From the NCBI GenBank assembly GCA_021498095.1, contig JAIZWK010000001.1:3810001-3842000 (forward strand): a DNA stretch of 32,000 bases, in the 5' to 3' direction. Numbering within the stretch: the first letter of the stretch is position 1; every line of letters begins with the position of its first letter. The translations under genes were made by a program, and so were the position numbers. Below, piece by piece: positions 18,477-28,268 of this stretch. The notes under the pieces are model-generated. The model had not been told where the DNA came from. It was given only the letters and a program-made list of their open reading frames with translations, and did no database searches. The stretch comes from Candidatus Harpocratesius repetitus. Its GTDB lineage: Archaea; Asgardarchaeota; Lokiarchaeia; Sigyniarchaeales; Promethearchaeaceae.

Positions 18477-18739
18477 ACCAATCAATTACAAATTATTTTT
18501 TTTCGCTGATTATCTTTGAAAGTAAACGATTTCTTCTTTCATTTGCGGGTAAATTTGCAAATCTATACTCTCTTTTTACGGATCTTTCACCGACTGAAAT
18601 AATTCTTGGATAATTTTGATTATTGTCGGAAAATGAAAGATTTAAATGGGAATTATGTCAAAAATGAAGAAGTTGCTAGAACCTCTTAAAAAGATCAAAA
18701 ATAATGAAAAAAAAGATATTTCTTAACTTAAAGCTGATT

Positions 18740-19459
18740 CTATTTCTTTTTCTTTTTGCAACATACTGCAAAGAAGATAATTAATACGACGACTGCAGCA
18801 CCACCTGCAATATATACATAGAGATTTGGATATGGTAAAGGTAATAAGCTTTTCTCAAGTTTAAAGGTAGATACAACTCCATCAGTATCAACACTTCTTA
18901 TATTCAATTTCAATAAATTTCCATCAGTTGAATATTCACGTTCTTCAAAATATTCATAGGAACTGCCATTATCCTCTAATTTAATAGTATAACCAGTTTC
19001 AGAAACGGTTCTAGTAAAAGTGATGTTAACAGCTGCATCGGCCATAATTTGAATTAGATCAAAAATACTATCCCAATCAGTTGCTGCAGATTCTAATCCT
19101 TTATCGCTATAAAAAATAACACTTGTTGAACCGAAAAATGATTTTATTCCCCAAAAAGCAATAGAAGTTCCTGTATAAAGTTCATCTTCCACTTCCATAT
19201 GGTCACGATAATCAATCGCATCTTGACCTTCAAAAGATGAATCAACAGTCAGTGTGACATCTCCATCAGTGATATCATTAATCACGACATTAAAGCTGCC
19301 TTTAACTAATAATGTAGAATCTTCTTTTGATTCGATATAATAATAGAGTTTATCATTTTCTTTAAACCCCCATACTTCACCAGCTGCGGATATCGAAGGA
19401 ATATTAAATAAAAGAATTCCAATGATTCCGAATCCAACCCATAACACAATTTTCTTCAT
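18740..19459 (-). CDS. Secreted or surface protein with signal peptide and C-terminal TM anchor
   Basis: MKK plus a hydrophobic core ending ISA|AG, acidic beta-rich ectodomain, TM LYVYIAGGAAVVVLIIFFAV and tail CCKKKKK. Confidence 0.85.
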   Translation of the reverse strand: MKKIVLWVGFGIIGILLFNIPSISAAGEVWGFKENDKLYYYIESKEDSTLLVKGSFNVVINDITDGDVTLTVDSSFEGQDAIDYRDHMEVEDELYTGTSIAFWGIKSFFGSTSVIFYSDKGLESAATDWDSIFDLIQIMADAAVNITFTRTVSETGYTIKLEDNGSSYEYFEEREYSTDGNLLKLNIRSVDTDGVVSTFKLEKSLLPLPYPNLYVYIAGGAAVVVLIIFFAVCCKKKKK

Positions 19460-19666
19460 ATTTGAACCTTCTTATCAATAATAAATATTTGGTAAAGATA
19501 ATCGTGTCTTTTACTTAAGTAAAAGAACGTGATTGATTTTTACATCAGACTATAAGAATAAAAATTTTTGCTTAACAAAAGAAATTTGTTGTAGAAAACA
19601 AAAAAAAATAAAGAGATTATGATGAATAAGTAAAGAAATTAAAATATATTAAAGAAAAAAATAAAC

Positions 19667-21103
19667 TTATTTTTCTAATGCATCCTTCAAGGATTTTTCA
19701 AAGCGAAAACAAATTTCTTCTGTATCTTCATCTGAAATAATCAGCGGTGGTTTAATTTTAACGATATTACGCATCATTTCGCCGGATTTTTTCAAAATGG
19801 GCATGCTTTTACCAAACAGAATATTATTTTTTAAGGCAGATGAAAGAAACTTTGCAACAAGTTCGTTATTTGGTTCACGGGATTCAGGATCTTTAACAAA
19901 TTCTACTCCAATAAAAAGTCCAGGTCCACGAACATCTCCAATTTGTGGATATTTTTCTTTTAATTCGTTTAAAAATTTTGATATTTTTGCGCCTTGTTTA
20001 GCTGCATTTTCTGGAATCTTATTTTTTTCTAAAATTTCAATGGTTATTAATGAAGCAGCCATTAAAGCGGGATTTGAAGAATATGTCGAATGTTCTTCAG
20101 CTTCAGAAAGCATCTTTAATTTTGGTTTAGCAAGAGTAATTCCTAATGGAAATCCACCAGCAGCACCTTTTGTTGCTGCCAAAATATCGGGAGAAACATC
20201 TTCATTTGCCAGATCTGAATAATATTCTGAAATCCACATCTTTCCAGAACGCCCAAAACCTGTTTGACATTCATCATATATGAGAACAATCTTATTTTTC
20301 TTGCAAATTTTCTTCAAACCAATGAGAAATTCAACTGGAGCAGGTATTTGCCCACCTGCGCCTTGATTAGGTTCAATCAACACAGCAGCAACACCACTTA
20401 TATGATATTGTTCAATATGTTGTTTAACAAATTCCAAGCATTCTAATTTACAATCTGGATCCTTCTTTCCCCCTAATCCACCTTTGTATCCCCATGGACA
20501 GCGATAACAATAAGGAAAGAAGGTTTTTAACCAACGATCAATTCCAAAGGGTCGATATCGAATAGCTAATCCTAATTGTTGTGTTGCCCCAGTCAGCGCC
20601 AAGCTGGAACCATGATATCCACGAAAAAATGTAACTATTTGATCTCCACTTCTGCTGTTAACATAAGCCAATCGAATTGCAGCTTCGACAGCACCACCGC
20701 CACCTAAATTGTTTAAAGCAACGCGCCCATCTTTCAGTTGACCGGGAGCAATTGAAGCTAATTTATTTACAAGTTTTACTCTAATGGGTGTTAAATATCC
20801 ATAACGAACATGATTACTGTATTGTGATTGAACCGCAACAGCGTAATTAACATCAGCAGGCGCATGACCTAAATTCAATGACCAAGCTTGGGAAGTACAA
20901 TCTAATATGGGTTCTTCCCTATTTAAAAAGTGAAAATAGGCAGTTCCACCTGTTCCTGGCTCGGTAGTGCCTTTTACTATTTCATCTAAGAATGGAACTA
21001 AAGAATGTTTTTTTCTACAAGCAAGAATTTCATCTTCAGTTAGTGGTTCTAATATTAAATTTTCAATTTCTTTCTTTGATAACCATTTTGTATTGAACAT
21101 CAC
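19667..21103 (-). CDS. Class-III PLP-dependent aminotransferase (GabT/AGXT2-like)
   Basis: LDCTSQAWSLNLGH, FRGYHG, AAVLIEPNQG, LIYDECQTGFGRSG, PLP lysine in DILAATKG, GDVRGPGLFIGVEFV. Substrate cannot be determined from sequence. Confidence 0.93.
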   Translation of the reverse strand: MMFNTKWLSKKEIENLILEPLTEDEILACRKKHSLVPFLDEIVKGTTEPGTGGTAYFHFLNREEPILDCTSQAWSLNLGHAPADVNYAVAVQSQYSNHVRYGYLTPIRVKLVNKLASIAPGQLKDGRVALNNLGGGGAVEAAIRLAYVNSRSGDQIVTFFRGYHGSSLALTGATQQLGLAIRYRPFGIDRWLKTFFPYCYRCPWGYKGGLGGKKDPDCKLECLEFVKQHIEQYHISGVAAVLIEPNQGAGGQIPAPVEFLIGLKKICKKNKIVLIYDECQTGFGRSGKMWISEYYSDLANEDVSPDILAATKGAAGGFPLGITLAKPKLKMLSEAEEHSTYSSNPALMAASLITIEILEKNKIPENAAKQGAKISKFLNELKEKYPQIGDVRGPGLFIGVEFVKDPESREPNNELVAKFLSSALKNNILFGKSMPILKKSGEMMRNIVKIKPPLIISDEDTEEICFRFEKSLKDALEK

Positions 21104-21188
21104 ATTACATCTCGTTTTTATTGACTAATTGTTATATTTTATATAAAAGATTTAATAATTCATTTAATTTTGCTTAAAAAAATTATAA

Positions 21189-22037
21189 TCAGGAAATATG
21201 GAAAATTTTCCGAGTTTGGTTTGAAATTATCCTACGTGGTAAATGTTTGATTAAGAAATATTTTATTTTGGCATTTTTTCCTACAGGATAAAATAGTTTT
21301 GGATTTCGACTATGTAAAATCTTCCAAATTGCTTCAGCAACTACTTCAGGAGATGGCCCATGTAAAAGTCCATGATCCCGAGAATTTTTCACAGCTTTTG
21401 AAGCAGAATAATATTGTGAAGATTTTTTTGTTTGAAAATCTTGAGGTAAATCAGTTTTTATTTCAAAAGGAGCAACAACTATTGCCTTTATCCCAAAATT
21501 ATGAATCTCATTCGCCAATCCAAATGTAAGGGCATTGACGGCAGCTTTAGATGCAGCATAAAAACTAGAAAATGGAACTGGCGATAAGCTTGCAATTGAA
21601 GAAACATTAATAATATACCCAAATTCCTGAGTGCGCATACTTGGTAAATATCCCCGAATTAAGGAAACTAAACCAAAAAAATTTAATTCAAAATACTCAC
21701 GCACACGTTCCATGGGAATTTCTTCAACTGGTCCATTATGTGAGCAACCTGCATTATTAATGAGAATATCCACTTTTGGTAGTTTTTTAAGCAATGACTC
21801 AATTGATGAAGCTTGCGTTAAATCTAAAGAATAAAACTTTAGATTTGGAATATGAAGTTCTTGAGGGATCTTTTTAGGAAAGCGAGATGTTCCATATACT
21901 TCATATTTTTCAGGTGACTGTGCTAATTTTTTTGCGATTGCATTACCAATTCCACCAGATGCACCAGTTATTAATACTTTTAATGGAAATTGAATTTTAT
22001 TTTTCTTTGCTCGATTAATTTTATCAGATTTCATCAA
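21189..22037 (-). CDS. Short-chain dehydrogenase/reductase (SDR)
   Basis: Rossmann motif ITGASGGIG, DILINNAG, catalytic Ser in NVSS and YAASK (YxxxK). Confidence 0.95.
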   Translation of the reverse strand: MMKSDKINRAKKNKIQFPLKVLITGASGGIGNAIAKKLAQSPEKYEVYGTSRFPKKIPQELHIPNLKFYSLDLTQASSIESLLKKLPKVDILINNAGCSHNGPVEEIPMERVREYFELNFFGLVSLIRGYLPSMRTQEFGYIINVSSIASLSPVPFSSFYAASKAAVNALTFGLANEIHNFGIKAIVVAPFEIKTDLPQDFQTKKSSQYYSASKAVKNSRDHGLLHGPSPEVVAEAIWKILHSRNPKLFYPVGKNAKIKYFLIKHLPRRIISNQTRKIFHIS

Positions 22038-22045
22038 AATATCCT

Positions 22046-23260
22046 TTATTTATGTTGATTATTATATCTGGTAGAAGGTGATTCACGCAAATAACCGATT
22101 AAATAAGCAATTCCAATCACAGAAACTACTAATCTACCATAATTAATTAGAACATCTAGTTGGGAATTTTCACGAAGCAATATTGCTCCAGTTACAAGAA
22201 CTAATACTACTGTGTAATATGAACCCGACATTACTCTAACATTATCACTTTTATAAATTTTTTGTTCAATAAAGAAATAGACACCAGCAAGCGCAAATCC
22301 ATTCAAAGGAGCAATTAACCACCATGTATTAAGATTAAACACAACAACAATCAGAAAGTGGATGAAAGTTAAAATATACAATAAAAATACTACAAATAAT
22401 CCATATACTTTTTGAGAGTTTTGCCAATATAGATACATAGCTAATGCAGCACAAAAGGATACCAATGCGAGATTCCGAATCCATAATGAATCAATACTTG
22501 ATTCATGGTCTGAAAATAATAATACAGAACCATCATAAAGAACAATCAAAATAGTCCCTGCAATAGCAAAAGATTTCATTACATCTAAAATAAAATTAGA
22601 AAAAGTTACTCTTTTATAGGGGTTAACTAATTTACGTGGTTTTATTCGAGGAACTACCTTTGGGTGACCCCAAATTATAATGATAAATGGATAAGCAATA
22701 AAACTAAGGCTTATTCCTATTAATAAAGCATTTGGAATAAAAAATTCAAAAAAGTACAGAATTCCACTAAACAATAATCCAATCATTGAATCATTAAGAG
22801 AAGGGAAATAGTTTTGCTTAGTTAATCCATATTCTTGTCTTATAAAATACCAGCCTAAAATACCAAAAACACCTAAAATAATAATTCCCGTGATTAAAAT
22901 CATTGGATATTGCTCAATCCAACCAAAAGAAATAAGGATCGATTGATAAATTAAAGCAGCTGCACCTATGGAGACCGCAATTAAAGGAACTAATCGACTA
23001 ATTCGATCTAAATAGGTTGATTGCATCCCAATCATATCCATGAAAAAAAGAAGAAGTAATTCTCCAATTGCTAAAAAAATGATAATAGTTAAAGTGGACA
23101 AAGTTGAGTTCACAGGAAAAAAGTACAAACTATGAATTAAAAAATAAGGAAGATAACCCACAAGGCCAAGATAAAAATAAATTTTCATTAAAAAATCGAA
23201 AACCTTATCTAATGGTTCTTTTTTTGAATTAGAAGGTAGATCTTCTATTGGATTATTCAT
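22046..23260 (-). CDS. Polytopic membrane protein with about 11-12 TM helices, possibly a transporter
   Basis: 404 aa in two hydrophobic blocks separated by a central basic loop (HPKVVPRIKPRKLVNPYKR), an MFS-like 6+6 layout. No signature motif recognised. Confidence 0.7.
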   Translation of the reverse strand: MNNPIEDLPSNSKKEPLDKVFDFLMKIYFYLGLVGYLPYFLIHSLYFFPVNSTLSTLTIIIFLAIGELLLLFFMDMIGMQSTYLDRISRLVPLIAVSIGAAALIYQSILISFGWIEQYPMILITGIIILGVFGILGWYFIRQEYGLTKQNYFPSLNDSMIGLLFSGILYFFEFFIPNALLIGISLSFIAYPFIIIIWGHPKVVPRIKPRKLVNPYKRVTFSNFILDVMKSFAIAGTILIVLYDGSVLLFSDHESSIDSLWIRNLALVSFCAALAMYLYWQNSQKVYGLFVVFLLYILTFIHFLIVVVFNLNTWWLIAPLNGFALAGVYFFIEQKIYKSDNVRVMSGSYYTVVLVLVTGAILLRENSQLDVLINYGRLVVSVIGIAYLIGYLRESPSTRYNNQHK

Positions 23261-23292
23261 ATTTACTCAATTATTCACAATTTTTAAAATAT

Positions 23293-23823
23293 TTAATTGA
23301 AATTTTGTCGCATAAATGAAGGAAGCATAAGATTAAAGATTTTCAACATATCTCGATTTTTTGCAGGTTCTGTAATAATTGTTCCAATTAAAATTGATTT
23401 CATTAAATGTTCTTTAGATAATGGCCCACTGGTAAATATTGTAGTCTCTGGACTCCAAACCATCAAATAATGAACATTTGGATTATTAATCACATCGATA
23501 GTTGATGCATTTTTTAGTTTATCATAAATTGATTGATAGTTTTTAGGCCATAATCTGCGATCATTTACCACAATTTGCATCTTTATTCCAGAATTTGATC
23601 GATCTTGCAATAAAATAGCATATTCTTCTGAAATATAAGGAGCAACGATTTTAAGTTCTGAACCACTCGAAATAATCTCAGCAATATGGTTGTTCATTTC
23701 TAATTCATTATCTGACATACCAGTTGCAAATATCTTGATAGCACCAACTAAATTTATTAATCTGTTTTCTAAATCTTCGACTTTCTTTTTTAATCGAATA
23801 TTTTCCGCTTTTATTAAGGACAT
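23293..23823 (-). CDS. Phospholipase D/nuclease-fold-like protein with N-terminal coiled coil and degenerate HKD motif
   Basis: ELKIVAPYIS...GIKMQIVV...HYLMVW...IFTSGPLS follows the PLD-like secondary-structure order, but HxK-x4-D-x6-GSxN is not intact. Confidence 0.55.
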   Translation of the reverse strand: MSLIKAENIRLKKKVEDLENRLINLVGAIKIFATGMSDNELEMNNHIAEIISSGSELKIVAPYISEEYAILLQDRSNSGIKMQIVVNDRRLWPKNYQSIYDKLKNASTIDVINNPNVHYLMVWSPETTIFTSGPLSKEHLMKSILIGTIITEPAKNRDMLKIFNLMLPSFMRQNFN

Positions 23824-23934
23824 AGTGTTTCATAAATCTCCTATTTTAAATTATTGATATTAATAAATAAAAATTCATTTAAGATACTTAATACTACTAT
23901 GATATTAGTTGATATAAATAATTGCTCAAAATTG

Positions 23935-24567
23935 TTAAGTGCAATAAATTTGATATAACTGATCAATCTCTTGGCGAAGTTGAATTTCTCTGATTTGCAA
24001 GTTTAATAATTCGAGAGCCTTTTTAAAATTCAATGCAATAGTTTTATAGTCAATATCTGAAAACCTTTCCATTTCATCACGCCTAATTTGAAAATCTTTC
24101 AATCCATTTTTAATTTGAATCTCTAATTCTTGGATGGTATCAATTAATATTTGAGATTGGGTTTCATTGTATTTTCTCATTTTTCTAAGGTTCTTCATTA
24201 TTGAGACAAATGTAGATTCCCATAAAGCATAACGATTTTCATATGCACGACCAAGTTGAATAAAAAAGATTTCTAAATCTCGCCATAAATTTCCAGTTGG
24301 ACGCTCATTATCAGGAACAGAATCTTTTTCACGCAAAGGAGAATCTTTGAGATGAAGTTTTTTAATTTGACTAATTTCAAGTTCATCTAATTTTGGCTCC
24401 GAAAGAACGGTTATTTTGCTTTTCAATTGTGGAGCTCCATCGGTATCAATGGTATGTAAAAGATCTTTTAATTCTTCCTTTTGTTTCTGTTCTTCAATCT
24501 GCTTTTTAATGTTGGAAGATTGTTTTCCATTATGATCAATTGACGATTCAGGGGGCTGATCAGACAT
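23935..24567 (-). CDS. Hypothetical helical/coiled-coil protein
   Basis: ATG at 24567 (ORF track starts at TTG 24579). Disordered N-terminal third, all-helical C-terminal part. Confidence 0.7.
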   Translation of the reverse strand: MSDQPPESSIDHNGKQSSNIKKQIEEQKQKEELKDLLHTIDTDGAPQLKSKITVLSEPKLDELEISQIKKLHLKDSPLREKDSVPDNERPTGNLWRDLEIFFIQLGRAYENRYALWESTFVSIMKNLRKMRKYNETQSQILIDTIQELEIQIKNGLKDFQIRRDEMERFSDIDYKTIALNFKKALELLNLQIREIQLRQEIDQLYQIYCT

Positions 24568-24633
24568 CTTCTGTAACAATTATGAATTTCTTAACATATA
24601 TTTGTTCTTATCTTTAATTAACGCTCAACTCGA

Positions 24634-25536
24634 TTATTTAATTCGAGATGGATCAAATTTGTATACGAATTTCCAATTATTTTTTAATAAATTATTTAGT
24701 TTCCTAATCTTTGGAACAATTGATGAAAAGGATGATAGTTCATGGCTGTCACTTCCAATTACCATGGGGATATCTTCCATTCGAAAATGTGCAAGTAATG
24801 ATTCTTTTGGAAAACTATCTTGCCATTGATATCTGTATCCGCTGAGATTTATCTCCATAAAGGTTTTTGTTTTGTCGCATAACCAGGCAATGTCGAATAG
24901 ATAACGTCTATAGTTATTTTGGATTTCCTTTGATAACGTTGAAAATGAGACGAAACGAAAAATAACGTCAGGATGTGCAATAATATCAAAACGTTTAGAG
25001 TCAATCATCTCTTGAATCAATTTAAAATATCGATCAATTAAAGATTTAAACTGAACTTGGTTCTGAATTAACGGTTGAACGTTTTTTTTAACTGTTATTG
25101 CACGAAACAGATCAATTTCATGAACGCTTCCTGTTATATAATCAAATTGTGAATAATAATCATCCAAAAATTCCCAAATACGATCTTGAATACTAGGGTG
25201 ATAACTTACTTCCAATCCTAAGGAAAAATGTTGAAACTCGCTTTTTAAATCGTCAAATTCTTCCAAATAGTTATCTATTGTGTTAAGATTTAACTTCCAA
25301 GAACCTAAATCAGCATATTTTGGAGGATGATGAATGTAATAACCAGTTTCAAAATGATCAGTAAAGCCAATATGAATTTTATATCGTTCAGATAGATTAA
25401 GCCATTCATGTGCAGTAGGACCGTTTAAATTATCTTGGCTCCAATTAGTATGAATATGCAAATCATGATCCCATTGAGGTGTTAATGATTCAAATAAACG
25501 AAATGGACGATGAGAAATTTTATTTGTTGGTGTCAT
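24634..25536 (-). CDS. PHP-domain hydrolase, histidinol-phosphatase (HisJ/HisK)-like
   Basis: PHP metal-binding motifs DLHIHT, GFTDHF, GLEV, GSVHE, IIAHPD, MEIN and GSDSH. ATG at 25536 lies inside the end of hef. Confidence 0.88.
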   Translation of the reverse strand: MTPTNKISHRPFRLFESLTPQWDHDLHIHTNWSQDNLNGPTAHEWLNLSERYKIHIGFTDHFETGYYIHHPPKYADLGSWKLNLNTIDNYLEEFDDLKSEFQHFSLGLEVSYHPSIQDRIWEFLDDYYSQFDYITGSVHEIDLFRAITVKKNVQPLIQNQVQFKSLIDRYFKLIQEMIDSKRFDIIAHPDVIFRFVSFSTLSKEIQNNYRRYLFDIAWLCDKTKTFMEINLSGYRYQWQDSFPKESLLAHFRMEDIPMVIGSDSHELSSFSSIVPKIRKLNNLLKNNWKFVYKFDPSRIK

Positions 25537-28087
25537 AATTATCAACTTCTTTTAAGAAATAATCTAAATTTGCATATTTATGAATTTTTTCTGCTAGAAC
25601 GGAGCCTATTTGATGGATTTTTTTCAGATCTTCAGGTGAAGCATTGAAAAGAGCACGTAGAGTTCTAAATTCGCGCAGTAAATCTTGTGCTCGCGTTAAA
25701 TTAATCCCAGGAATTCCTGCAACAATTTGCTCTAATTGTTTATCCAATTGTTCAGGTATTTTTTTAAATCGAATAGAAAAAGATTTCGAATTACTTTTTT
25801 GTTCTTTAAGGGCAAGAGCCCGAATCATTTCGGCCGAATCATGAGCATCTTGAGTTTGAATAAGAAAAACTTGAAATTTTAACATTATACTGGTTAAGGT
25901 GCCCAAGATTGCAGCTCGATTAATACTTATAATTTTGTGATAATTCCCTTCTAAAAGAAGAATGGGATGACTGAATTGATTACGAAGACGACGAAGTTCG
26001 TCAAATAATCGCCCATCTTTAATTGAATCAACAAAATCTTGAATAGATTTACGTTCAATACCACAACGTTGAGAAACAATATAATCACCAACTAGTAGTG
26101 TTTGTAAATCAATGGTTACATTCATTTCTGATAAAATTCGTGTGATAGGCGATGCAGTTTCACGCGAATCTACTAATATATATGGACTTGTTCCTTGTTT
26201 TTTTAAGGAAAAATCTGTAATTTTAGAATGAATAATTGTGTCTGAATCAGAAATATCAACTGACTCATTTTCTTTTAAGTGATTTAATGTATGATTTTCA
26301 TCAAGATGTATTGATTGAGTTGTTATTAAAGATGAAGGATCTTCCGAATGTTTTATGCTGTCATTAGATTTAGTCGAATCTTGAAGATCATGCAATTCTG
26401 GTGGATTTTGTATGTATTTTAATAGGTTATTCTCTTGCTTTGACTTTGAGTTTTTAAATTTCTTTGAATCTTGCCCTGGATTACTAGAAAATTTATTCAT
26501 TTCATATTGAAGATCCTTTAGAATTCTTTTCATTTCTTTCTCTCTATGTCGTTCTGCCCAGTAATAAGCATCTTCTCTTGTTCCTGTGGTTTTTAGAATG
26601 ATTACCTTTCCTGAAGAATTACGACCCGTCCTTCCACGACGTTGAATTGATCTAATTTCACTTGGAATTACGTCAAAAAAGATCACAACATCACATTCTG
26701 CAATATCGAGTCCTTCTTCAGCCACTGAAGTTGCAACTAAAATATTATAAATACCTGTTTTAAAATCTTGAAGAATTTGCTTTTGTTCTTTTTGAGTTAA
26801 ACCTTTTTCTTTTCCCTTATTTTGTTGTCCAACAAATCTCATAGCTCGAAAGAGTGGTACTTCATTGATTTTTTCAACTAGAATTTTTACTGTATCACGA
26901 AATTGACAAAATATTAAAATTCGAGAATTATCACTTGATTTGAATTGTTCATGCAATAAGGACATAAGAATTTTAAATTTGGGATGAAAAATCTTCTGTT
27001 CTTCTAATTCTTGTGCATGTTGTATAATTTTATTCATCGATTCTGAAGAAAATAATTCTCGAAGAGAGACACCACCTTTACCTGCTTGCACCTTTTGCAT
27101 GTTTTTTTCTAAATATGTTGTTAAAGCAGCTAAACCTTGAGCTTCAATCAATTCCTTCATGTGAGATACTCTTATTGCATTCGATAGTAATTTTTTACAA
27201 TAAAGTAATCGGGGTAATTCACCTTGATTGTGATTTCGAATAATTAGAAGGTCGAGCTCTTTACCAGCACTCAGAAGATCTTTTCGATTTACCTTTGATA
27301 TATCTCGGGACTTAATCAAACTATTTTTTTTTAATTCGGATAAAATTTGCTTTTCCAGTTGATTAAGCGTCTCTAATATTTCCTTTAGTTCATCAGGCAG
27401 TTGTACTTCAATCCATTCTGTAGAAACATTTTGAATGTAAGGTTTTACATCAGAATCTGATTCTGTCCGTATTTCTACAGTATTTAGATACAAATTTTGC
27501 ATAACTTCCATTATTTTCTCTCGATTCTTACCTGGTGATGCGGTCATAGCTAATGTTTTTCGATTTGAAACAAATTTATCTTGCCAATATTTTTTTGCAA
27601 TAAAAGTATAGGCATAATCCCCGACAGCGCGGTGAGCTTCATCAAATATTATTAAAGAAACATTTTTGAATGAAAATCTTCCTGAAATTAGATCATTCTG
27701 CACAATTTGTGGAGTTAAGAATAATGCACGTATTGAAGACATTTGATATAATAAAGCTCGTTTTTCAGGTGTTATCGATCCAGTAATAAGAGGGAGTTGT
27801 TCCGGCTCAAAAATGGTCAAATCACAAAATGTTTGCTGATGTTGTTCAACTAACGGGCGTGTTGGTGCCAAAAATACAATTTTCGCATTAGGATCCTTCC
27901 ATTGATGCACAGCCAATAATAAAGCAATAATGGTCTTCCCCAATCCTGTTGGAATCACAACCAAACAATTGTTACGGGCACATGTAGCAAAAATTGCTTG
28001 CTGATATTTCCGTTTAATTACCTTATTTGGTTTTAATAAAGGATGATTCACATATTGAATATTTGATGATGGTATTGGAGCGACCAA
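25520..28087 (-). CDS. hef: Hef: ERCC4-like (FANCM/Mph1) SF2 helicase fused to an XPF/ERCC4 nuclease and HhH motifs
   Basis: PTGLGKT, FLAPTRPLVEQH, IIFDEAH, MTASPG, LVATSVAEEGLDI, IQRRGRTGR. After a low-complexity linker come VDSRE, GDY, ERKSIQDF (intact ERKxxxD) and HhH motifs GIPGI and IHQIGSV. TTG start. Confidence 0.96.
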   Translation of the reverse strand: MVAPIPSSNIQYVNHPLLKPNKVIKRKYQQAIFATCARNNCLVVIPTGLGKTIIALLLAVHQWKDPNAKIVFLAPTRPLVEQHQQTFCDLTIFEPEQLPLITGSITPEKRALLYQMSSIRALFLTPQIVQNDLISGRFSFKNVSLIIFDEAHRAVGDYAYTFIAKKYWQDKFVSNRKTLAMTASPGKNREKIMEVMQNLYLNTVEIRTESDSDVKPYIQNVSTEWIEVQLPDELKEILETLNQLEKQILSELKKNSLIKSRDISKVNRKDLLSAGKELDLLIIRNHNQGELPRLLYCKKLLSNAIRVSHMKELIEAQGLAALTTYLEKNMQKVQAGKGGVSLRELFSSESMNKIIQHAQELEEQKIFHPKFKILMSLLHEQFKSSDNSRILIFCQFRDTVKILVEKINEVPLFRAMRFVGQQNKGKEKGLTQKEQKQILQDFKTGIYNILVATSVAEEGLDIAECDVVIFFDVIPSEIRSIQRRGRTGRNSSGKVIILKTTGTREDAYYWAERHREKEMKRILKDLQYEMNKFSSNPGQDSKKFKNSKSKQENNLLKYIQNPPELHDLQDSTKSNDSIKHSEDPSSLITTQSIHLDENHTLNHLKENESVDISDSDTIIHSKITDFSLKKQGTSPYILVDSRETASPITRILSEMNVTIDLQTLLVGDYIVSQRCGIERKSIQDFVDSIKDGRLFDELRRLRNQFSHPILLLEGNYHKIISINRAAILGTLTSIMLKFQVFLIQTQDAHDSAEMIRALALKEQKSNSKSFSIRFKKIPEQLDKQLEQIVAGIPGINLTRAQDLLREFRTLRALFNASPEDLKKIHQIGSVLAEKIHKYANLDYFLKEVDNYDTNK

Positions 28088-28253
28088 GATTATGACCCTA
28101 ATATCACTAATTGTTCACCCTTTTAATTTGATAGGGCGATAATGCTTTTTTAAAAAAATATAAATACTGCATTAACCAACGGTATTGTATTAACCTCATC
28201 GAATAAAAATTTAGAATAATAGATGATCGGTTAATTCATGATATTCTCAAAAA

Positions 28254-28258
28254 GGAGG
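28254..28258 (+). promoter_or_regulatory. Shine-Dalgarno-like GGAGG upstream of the histone gene
   Basis: GGAGG lies 10 nt before the ATG at 28269. Confidence 0.55.
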
Positions 28259-28268
28259 ATTAAATGGA

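Noticed and set aside
18223-18613. ORFs 18223-18405 and 18374-18613 in the tfb downstream gap
   Set aside because: Short, non-ATG or overlapping starts, no motifs; the region is better explained by the hairpin element.
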